From Haliotis cracherodii (taxonomy: Eukaryota), in the NCBI RefSeq assembly GCF_022045235.1, contig NW_027266341.1:40114001-40178000 (forward strand): 64,000 nt of DNA. Reading direction: 5' to 3'. The notes under the pieces were generated by a model. The model was not told the origin of the DNA. It saw only the letters and a list, made by a program, of their open reading frames with translations, and searched no databases. Each line of letters opens with the position of its first letter. Within the stretch, counting starts at the first letter, position 1. This document shows, piece after piece, positions 55,037-64,000 of this stretch. The translations under genes were made by a program, and so were the position numbers.

Positions 55037-55629
55037 GTTTTGGTATGAATGCAGTGTTTTTGACAACATATTTTTGTCGCCTTGTTAAGATAACAGGAGT
55101 TTGGGGGGCTTGCCACCACACAACAGCTTGAATAAAATGCTTTCATAAGTGATTTATAATCCATAATCATCAAAGTTATTCAACCATGTTTGTTTGAAAT
55201 GTGGCCAAAATTTATGTCACTGATGAGGTTGGTATGGAACTTCTATTTCCAAGTACTTTTTATTATGCCGTTGCCCTTTTTTAAAAATATTGGGATTGAT
55301 AGGTTGAGTCATATTTAACCATACAGATGCAAGCGGAATCTTTTTTTCTGGTCATTTTCAGCTTTATTTTCCTCTCTTCAAAAGAGTAGGGCTTTCGTGT
55401 ACTGCTTTAATACTAGCGTGTACCCATGCTTCACGTATGTATTGCATAATGAAAATGTCTGAGAAGTGAAAACAAGCATCACAGCATGGTCCTGTTAACA
55501 TTGCTCTTTTGCACATGAAATTGAGCTTTTTTACCCCACTGATTACTCCACTGATTACTCCAAAACTTCAATTAGGGTTGGCATCTCTACACCATGCAAG
55601 TGCTGATGGCAGTCGGTACATGTCGGACA

Positions 55630-55860
55630 GAGACCGTGAAGATCTGGGGTAGAATAGGTCTTCAGCAACCCATGCTTGCTGTAAAAGGCGACTGTGCTTG
55701 TTGTAAAAGGCGACTAACTGGATCGGGTGGTCAGACACGCTGACTTGGTTGATGCATGTCATTGATTACAATTGTGTGGATCGATGCTCCTGATATCAAT
55801 CATTGGATTGTCTGGTCCAGACTGATTATTTACACATTAAACAATAAGCAAACAAACCAA
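55630..55860 (+). mobile_element. SINE-like element with RTE-type head
   Basis: gaccgtgaagatctggggtagaataggtcttcagcaacccatgc...ctggtccagact with an (AAAC)-rich tail. Confidence 0.85.
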
Positions 55861-56544
55861 AAGATGAATGAATGCCATCAAGTTGTTGTGAGGCCAAATC
55901 AGATGAAACCTTTCAATATGTAGATGACTGCTCTCTCTAACCTTACATTTGTAAGTATGGTACCTTCCCAGTATGACATCCAGTCATCAAAGATCATCCT
56001 CCAGTGTCCGCACTGTTTTAGCTTCATGGCCTTATCCAATGTCAGGTATTGCCACCCTCTGACCTCCTCCCTACCACGTCCATGACAACATGTTATTCCC
56101 TCTGCGTTGCACTTGTGCTGAAGGACCGCTGGATGGTTCATAACCCTACAGTGATGAATACGTCGGGATGTATGTTGGCAAGGAGCTTCAGTATGCAGTT
56201 CAACAGTGTGGCTATCAGGTGCTTCACATCTACGAGGCTTGTCACTTTGACATGTTATCAACCTACTATCCTGTCACTCAAGGAAGCCTGTTTGCCAACT
56301 ATGTGTACAACTTCTTCAAGATCAAACAAGAGGCAAGTGGTTACCCAAAGAGATGTGAAGACACAAATACCAACGTCAGTGACATTGGGATAGAGGGTAT
56401 GACCTTAGATCCCTCTAATTCCACGAGAACCCTGGACTGCGTGCTTTAGCTAAAGCATGCCTCAACAACCACTAGGGAAAGTTTGATCAATGTCGAGGGT
56501 TTGGAAAAGCAGAGTACATCAGTACACTGCTGAGTTTCTTTGCG

Positions 56545-56823
56545 TGCGTGCGTGTGGCTGCTTGTATAAAGCCGGACTGATGCTGATTTATAGTGCTAGC
56601 TCACTGAGATACCATGCCGCAGTTTAACATAAATACCCCACTCAGACACAGTATAATGACTCCGAGCTGACCAGTACTTCTTTTAGCCTTTTAATGCTGA
56701 GCGCTAGACAGGGTAACAACAAGTACCATCTTTTAACTCCTTTTGTATGATGCGGCCAGGGATCTAACCCCCGACCTTCTGCTCTCCGGGTGGATGCTCA
56801 ACCACTAGACCACGGAGACGGTC
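56545..56823 (-). mobile_element. tRNA-derived SINE inside the Polinton polymerase
   Basis: tRNA-like head on the minus strand; body gatttatagtgctagctcactgag shared with 58917-59165. Confidence 0.85.
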
Positions 56824-57280
56824 CAATTAACTCTGTCTCAACTATGCACCTCAGAGGGATATTTCATGATACATATCCTGCACACAATGTCGACTCAAGC
56901 ACGCCTCAAGCTGTATTCATACCTGTAGCTCTTGGATCAAAGTGTGTTGTACTTTGATACAGACAGCATCATGTACATCCATCGACCACTGACCTGGAAC
57001 CAACCCCAGGATGATACTTTGGGGTATCTCACCTATGAGCTTGGCGGGGGAAACAGCATCCATACCTTTGTCTCTGCAGGTCCCAAACTACTTTACAAAC
57101 AACTTCACTCTCAATCAGATGGCACTAGACCAGCTGAAAAGTCCATGGATTTATCCTCAATTACTGGACCAGTTACCAAGTGAACTTTGACATGGTGAAG
57201 AACCATTTGTCAAAGCTTATCGCCTGGTCTGTATCACATACCGCTGGAGACACAGGCAGACTAAAGTCATTATCATCACC

Positions 57281-57775
57281 ATGGGAAGTCTCGTTCAAGA
57301 CAAGTACATGTTCTTCTATTTGAAACAGTCTCACTTTAGTCAACATGACCCTGTGGCCATGGACATTGATGGCATCATGTTTAATTGTACAGAACAGTAA
57401 TACATGTATCACAAAGCATGCATGTTGGAGATCAAGGGACAGCCAACCATGTGTTATCCTCCTCCTGTAGAACAGAAACGTCTTGGGAAAACAGTCAAGC
57501 AGTTTGCAGTCAAGCAGCAATGTGACGGAGTGACCCCTCATGTCGTGAAGAAAGCCACTCAAGCCAACTTTACACAACATTCCATCTTACAATGTTACCC
57601 GATGTCCGATCCCAAGGTACTTGTTGAAGCTAGTCCTTATGATAGGTGATGGGGCATTGGCTTGGGAGTAGATCATCTATGTCTGACAGAATCAGCATGG
57701 AGAGGTCAGAATCTCCTTGGACAGATTCTCATGGAAGTGAGACATACCCTACTGTTACAATTAAGTGACGTTATC
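57281..57775 (+). pseudogene. NADAR (YbiA-like) hydrolase carried by the Polinton; two in-frame stops
   Basis: One frame from accATG at 57281: FFYLKQSHFSQHDPVAMDIDGIMFNCTEQ*YMYHKA...QKRLGKTV...LVEASPYDR*WGIG...WRGQNLLGQILMEVR. Confidence 0.9.
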
Positions 57776-58099
57776 ATGCTGCTGATCACGTTTGACTGTT
57801 GGACTCAACTACATCAAGAAGTGACCTCATACCAGACATATCCTTCATCATGCTTTTCACCCTGCTCTTCACGTACTGTGGCTACATACATTGAAGAAAG
57901 ACGATTCTTAGAACTGTTTAGACAAGCTGTACAAGACGCTCTTCAGAAGCAACATGACCTCAACGTCATAGCGTGTGCACCTGTGACATCAAAGCTTATG
58001 CATGACCACCTATAAAACACAGGACTGGGCAATGCATGGTATTTAGATGCAGCTCTATCTTGGAACTTAGTACATTGTTTAACACTCCTCCGCTATTTG

Positions 58100-58275
58100 T
58101 TTAAATGCCCATTACATAGTACTGTTTAAAAACTGCAGGGATGCCGCTCAAATTGATCACTTGGCCTTTATTCGGGAAGCCTATGAGGATGCCACCTTGG
58201 CTCCGTATTCCTACTTGTTTTTGGACTTGAAATCCACCATGTTAAAAGAACATCTTGTATGCACCCATCTCTTTT
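58100..58275 (+). pseudogene. Polinton packaging ATPase, C-terminal relic
   Basis: LNAHYIVLFKNCRDAAQIDHLA-FIREAYEDATLAPYSYLFLDLKS. Confidence 0.88.
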
Positions 58276-58359
58276 GCAAACCAACCACCCATTGCCAAGT
58301 AAAAGCATTAATAGAGACCGCCATCTACCTCAGGGTTCAGTTGACGCCTTAATAGCTGT

Positions 58360-59480
58360 CATGGGGCGCAGACAGAAGCAGGTGAAGTCCACCCAGCTTC
58401 AATAGTTTGTCATTGCCATGAGAATTCTTCGAGGAGGACACGTTCCTTTGAAGACTGAGCTTACATCCTGGCGGATAAGACACCAAGATGTGTTGACCAG
58501 GATTGCGAATCCACATCCCTGTGTTGATGAACGTCTGAGTTATGCTACACAGTGGGAGCTGTGCCATAGCTGGTGTTTTGACACACATTTCACTGAACTG
58601 GCAGTCCTACCGGCAACAGCCCCCACCATGTCAGCCTGCACCACCGCGAAAAAAGGCAGCACCAAGTGCTATACTGAACAGAAAACGTGTATAGAAAAGA
58701 AAACAGATGATAATCGCAGCATAAACAGCAGCAGCAGCAACCTTGACACATATGGTGTTACGAAGCTGACCTCATCAGGGGTATTATCCCTACTCTCTCC
58801 ACCTACATGACCATCCAGCCACACCCTTGTCAGTTGATGTTCAACAGCAGTACCATCAACAACAACAACCACAACAAACACCCATCATGTCTCGACGTTG
58901 ACACACCACAAAAATGAGGTGAGGTGAAATTGGGTTTAACGTTGCATTCAAGATTATTGCCCTTATATAGTGCATGCTCTTGTGCATATGCTCGTTCTAT
59001 TTTGGACTAATGCGGATTTAATAGTGCTAGCTCACTGAGGTAGCATGCCACAGTTTAACATGAGTACCCTACTCATACACAGCATACTGACTCCGAGCCG
59101 ACCAGTCCTTGTTTTCACCCCCTCATTGCCGAGGGCCTGGCAGGGTAACAAGTACCCCGGACCAGTTGTACTCCATCACTAGACTTTGGTGGTGGTCCAC
59201 ACCAGAAAGAAACCATTTGTCATGTGTTCACCTCTACAGCCAGGAGACAAGCTATTTTGATACAAGCCCCATCCAATCTGATTCAAGCCATATATGAATG
59301 TGCAGTTAATCTGTATGCAGGCAACACCAACGCCAACATTTACAACAGCATGGCAAACTAATGCATACTTTGATGAAAAGGAAAGTCTCTGTGGCCAAGA
59401 AACGTAAGTTATTGTCTGCACTGGCATATGTGGTTGGTCCATTGTTGTCTGGATTGTTGTGTGGTGGGAGATAGAGGGAG
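58360..59480 (+). pseudogene. Two relics of a small conserved Polinton protein (PW-like) at ~58360-58560 and ~59290-59480
   Basis: ILRGGHVPLKTEL..RHQDVLTRIAN and ECAVNLYAGN...QHGKLMHTLMKRKVSVAKKRKLL. Confidence 0.55.
58917..59165 (-). mobile_element. 5'-truncated SINE
   Basis: (GAGGT)n tail; body homologous to 56580-56730. Confidence 0.8.
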
Positions 59481-59513
59481 CTCCCTTTGTTAGTTGAATA
59501 ACCACCACCCACC

Positions 59514-60030
59514 ATGAAGCATGCACGGAAAATTGCTCTGGTCCCTCAAGACATATGGCAGAGTCTGCAAGAGGAAAAACGCCAACAGCATTTGCTCAAG
59601 TCCAACCTGTTGGAACAGCGGAACGGTTGCACACACTTCATGACATAAATGCCTTAATCCAAGAAATTAGTGTTCCCTTTATGAACAGAGAACAGCAGTA
59701 TAACACTTTACTGCAGCTGACCTTGAATGCCTTTTCAAGACAAAGTAGCACAACAAGCTCCTTTCAAACAACGGACCCCTGAGGCTGGATGATTTGGTTC
59801 AACAACATACTAAAACAGAACCCCCACATGGATGGTAAGTATTTAGCTTCCAGCAATGTGCCTCATGAACAGATTGACAACCCTAAACATTGGTCATGGA
59901 TGATGAAAACCAAAGGACAACCAAACAGTAGTCTGGTGTCAACCACTGCAAAGAAGCGCTGCAGCCACCTATACGACAGTGAATTCAGTTTTGATAAAAG
60001 AGAGAACAGGGCAAGGGTCAGCATGAGATG
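59514..60030 (+). pseudogene. Conserved uncharacterised Polinton ORF relic
   Basis: Starts accATG MKHARKIALVPQD, as I recall for the ORF preceding the integrase in animal Polintons; frameshifted. Confidence 0.5.
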
Positions 60031-60119
60031 AGCTAAGAGAAAGACAGGCAGCACTACCTCCACCGAGGGCTCATCTTCGCTCAAGCAGGTGTCTCCTACA
60101 TAGACACCATGGCTCCAAT

Positions 60120-60335
60120 ACACCTGTTCTGATCCCAAACATCCTGCATGGTATGGAATGGATTGCATTGTGGCCAGCAGCAGGATGCCAAGCCAAAGAT
60201 GCTGGTCCGTCCCCAAGGCCCACACGTCAGATTCGTCAATGGTTGAAAACCCAGGACGAGTATACACTGCACAGCCATGCCTAACGATCGTTTCCCAAGA
60301 ACTGTTACTGTGTTGGGGCATTGATGACTAGCGTT
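60120..60335 (+). pseudogene. Polinton retroviral-like integrase, N-terminal relic
   Basis: DPKHPAWYG...WLKTQDEYTLHSHA*RSFP...GIDD; catalytic core absent. Confidence 0.8.
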
Positions 60336-62994
60336 TGACAAAGGTTATCTCCCAAACTCGACAACCAAATTGTTCCCCTGTTTCACAACATTAGTTGTGT
60401 CTCTGGACAACATGAAGAGTGAACATACACACCACACTACCATTTCCCATCCATGTGAATCCTCAGCAGTGGGGCGTGAGCGAACTTCATTTTCCAATGC
60501 CATGGTACAATGTGACTTACCCCTTCAACTGGTGTGTCCTGAAAGTGAACTCGGAAAAAAATGACCATGATTTATAACTCAGCTGCCCTTGATGCTATAA
60601 TGACAGAAGAGGACCCAGGCCTAGCCAGAGTGACCACCTAAAAGATAATTATTCCAGAAGGGGTTTCTTCCTGATCATATTGCTTCAATAAACCTACACA
60701 CACTTGATGCAGAAATATACAGGAGGTGTTAACAATGTGGATGGTAGAGGTCGTTACACAGTCACTGTGAACAACCCAAAAGACCAACTCTGATCTGACA
60801 TACATGGAAAAACGCATTTGGACTTTCATGCTCGAACCCTAAAAGACCTGTAAGAATTTCAATGATGACCCCTGCAGAACAGCCAACCTGCCTGATCGTG
60901 ATACAATAAAATCAGCATACCGCACCCGACTGATGTTACCAGCTCCCTTGGTACATTGTGGGACACCAGTTTGTCACACACCTCTATGCCACCGGTTTGG
61001 GCAGACAGCAGCGAGGGAAAGGCCTGGCAGTATACTGAGGATGAATCCATCAAATTGCCATGCAGGTGATGGAGATTGTGTATCGATTGGTGTCTCAACC
61101 GAAATGAGCTCAAAATCCCAGTTTCCATATTGCTGTCATAGAATGCAGTAACACCTATCCTCCCCACTTTATATAGTAGGGCTCAGACAATCAAAAAAGA
61201 CATGATGTTATCACATGCTATCTGATGATGTCATCAGTGCATGCACTACCATGATGCCATTGGGTCCTATCTAAGCTGAGGATGCTTGAGGAAGGATATC
61301 AGTCTCACTGACTGTTGACAACATGGATGCAAGAACACCGACCAGTACACAAAACAGCAACCTTACCAACCAATTGTGGAAGGAAACAGTGTCTAAGATG
61401 CAGTCCGTCTCTCAGAAAGGTGTTTCGGGGCCTATTGAAATGCAAGGTAGGAAGCTGGAACAGACTGGCATTGATACAGCTGGAACAGCAGCAGCAGCAA
61501 CACAAGCAGCAGCATCCCCCAAGAGAGAAACATCTGAAACCCAAACCAATTCGACATAGTTTAAGTATTCCCTCAGGATTGGGGGTGCAACATATGCACT
61601 CGGTGCTAAAAAGCAAATCGCTCCAACCTATTTGACTTTGTCCCGGTAGCCACCTTGTATGTCTGCATGTATTGTTTGGGAATAGTTAGAAAGACCCAAC
61701 AAGAATTGCAAGACAGTGTGTGCAGGGGCCAATTTGTTTTCATAAGAATGGATCTTGTGTGCAGTTGTCAATAAAAACTATTTTTCCCTTCCCAGCCATT
61801 TCATGGTCTTCACCAATCATCTCAAGAGAATGCTTGAAACACAGGCTCGTAACTACCTACTTGATATTTGTCGGTTTTGTTTTTGTTTTTCTTCTTGTTC
61901 TTTTATCCACTACTTTTATCCCCCACCCCCCGCCTTCTTCCTCTTCCTCGCTCTCCTCGGCAAGTGCCCTAACCTATTATTCTGTCCTGCCTAGCGAGAT
62001 CACGTCACATCCTGCGAGATCCCGTCACTTACGTGAAACCCTGTCACTTCCGATAGATCTTGTCACTTCATGCGAGATTCCGTCATTACCTGCGAGATCT
62101 CCTCAAGATGGCGACACATCTAGTCATCTGTTGTGACGCCAGTTTGACCGGATGGGGCGTGTTTGTCTGATTCTGTGTATCCCAGCATCCCCATCTTGGA
62201 AATCCCGTCAGAGTGAAGATGTACACTACTTGGGCTAAAATGAAAAAGATTCCATTGGCCATTGCATCTGATTACACAAGAGATATCCCTTCTTGCTGCA
62301 GGGCTGATATCAATGCTTTCCTCACAGCTAGACAATATTTATCACAAACATTATTGCATATGTGTCCTATAATAATATCACAGCCTTCTATGATGATCAT
62401 GATCATTAGGGATTTAAGACTCGTAGATGCTGTTTTTCCTAACTGTTCCCCGTCTTTTCAGGAGCTTCTCAAGTTGTGGAAGATGGGAGTTGCTTGTCTT
62501 TGCTACTGCTCCTTCACCAGTATGTGGGAGGTTGTCAGTATTAGTATCCTGCGGTGACTTTGCACGGCTACATGTGGAATCAATTCTTGTGGAAGCCTTG
62601 CTTGAGTATTGGCAACCTCATCTGTGAAGAAATGCACATACATATAGTCTGGAAGTTAATTTAAGGTACCGACGTTTACTATAATATCTGAAAAACTATT
62701 GGACCTACTCCAGTCAAAGTTGGTTTGAGATTATTAAACAGTCATTCATAACTGGATATTACATTTAAAGACAATCGGTGCATGAATAAAAAATCTGTCT
62801 ATTTAGCTATCACTATATTTCATCAACAACCAGACCTGTTTGGCACGGGTGGAAGGAGCAATTATTGTAACAGCCATCTGCATCATGCTACCCTTGCGTC
62901 ACAGGGCCATATGACACAGTTGAACCAATCAACTCAACTCGAAAGGTTGCACGGGAATCACGCACGCACGAATACGGTGTAAGCATTTGATTTC

Positions 62995-64000
62995 ATGATG
63001 TCTCAGCGCAAGCATCTTTCCGCTGATGCGATAGGTTTCGTTGTTAAAATATTTGAATACTTTAAGGCTGAAAGTGAAAGACGTTCGCCCTTCTTTGACA
63101 TTTCAAAGTACATGAAAAGAACAATTCATGCGTTACAGCTTCCCAAACAAACCGTAGTTAAGATTTTGAATTCTCATAAAAACACATGCTCCCCTGCACA
63201 TCCCTTAGGGGGCATCTCAAAACAGGATAGGAAATTAAAGTTAGATTCCTTTGATAAGAAAGTTGACAGGGACGTGATTCGGCGGTTAACACGAGAAAAT
63301 GAATTTATTTCAACACGAAAACTAAAACAAATTCTCCTTACAGAGCATGACTTAGATATTTCCAAATGGACCATTTGTAAACACCTTTCCATATTTGGAT
63401 ATCAGTACAAAAAGATGAAAGGGTCGAAACTAGCAATGTGTGAATGACCAGATATCATTCGTTTGTATATCAATTATTTGCGCACTATTAAAAAGAAACG
63501 AGAAGAAGGCTATGAGCCTGTCTATTTGGATGAAACCTGGGTTAACGCCTGCCACACAGCGGCTTACTAATGGTCTCACCCAGATACCAGAGAGCCACAG
63601 CGCAAGATCCCCCCTGGTAAAGGGGAGCGCCTGATTGTCCTCCATGCAGGCTCCCACAGAGGTTTCCTCCCTGGGTGTGATCTAGTGTTCAGATCCAGAT
63701 CTACAGATGGCAGAGACTACCATACCGAGATGAATAGTCAGGTTTTCACTGCGTATGTTGGGGAGCAGCTCCTCTTAGCACTGCCTGATAAATCCTTGGT
63801 GGTTATGGACAATGCTCCCTATCACAGTTGTTGAGATCCTATTAACTGTTGTCCAACCTCAAATTCCACCAAAGGTGAGATATATCAGTGGTTGGACAAC
63901 AACCGCATTGCTCGGTCCACGAAAGCCAAAAAAACTGATTACTACCAACTGGTTCTTCAGAACAAACTCCCGCCCTCTTATTTGATTGACAACATGTTGA
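62995..64000 (+). pseudogene. IS630-Tc1-mariner transposase of Sailor/DD82E-like type, with stops; runs off the window
   Basis: VYLDETWVN, GKGERLIVLHAGS, DYHTEMNS and VMDNAPYHS followed by a long insert (KGEIYQWL...YLID). Confidence 0.82.

Larger units (their letters stand above)
53150..57250 (+). pseudogene. Protein-primed DNA polymerase B (Polinton), fragmented
   Basis: FFYDFEC (53900), SHNYHGYDG (54225), YCQGDVDI (54312), YVDDCSL*PY (55916), FFKIKQEASGYP (56312), AKACLNNH*GKFDQ (56449), VLYFDTDSI..FVSAGPK (56944-57087). Confidence 0.93.
52300..62230 (+). mobile_element. Polinton/Maverick, internally deleted and decayed
   Basis: AGTAGTGTACATC...GATGTACACTACT termini; ~450-500-bp diverged TIRs; near-TSD tgagc/tgggc; pPolB, ATPase and integrase relics. 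Confidence 0.93.

Noticed and set aside
57281-57775. Bacterial or phage contamination as the source of NADAR
   Set aside because: It is embedded among Polinton genes, flanked by host SINEs, and decayed like its neighbours.
57776-58100. DarT-like toxin partner next to NADAR
   Set aside because: No ADP-ribosyltransferase motifs are recognisable.

Overview
AT-rich animal genomic DNA, probably mollusc; the SINE tails resemble abalone (Haliotis) repeats, but that is inference. The left 37 kb holds four conserved genes in two head-to-head pairs: TERF2IP/RAP1 (-, first two exons) with an intronless TIMM8 (+), and arfaptin/ARFIP2 (-, 5 coding exons, 360 aa) with TIMM10B (+, 3 exons, 100 aa). The second pair matches the divergent ARFIP2-TIMM10B arrangement in humans. 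The introns carry an RT-less DIRS retrotransposon, a 1.5-kb mini-DIRS, Tc1, hAT-like elements, MITEs and SINEs. The right 27 kb is mostly decayed repeats: a 37-bp satellite, three more Tc1 copies, a 6.6-kb TIR transposon with nested insertions, a 21-bp array and a Sailor/DD82E-like transposase. It also contains a ~9.9-kb decayed Polinton/Maverick with both TIRs (52300-62230). The most notable observation is a NADAR (YbiA-like) hydrolase gene between the Polinton polymerase and packaging ATPase. All calls come from manual reading and translation; no searches were run.
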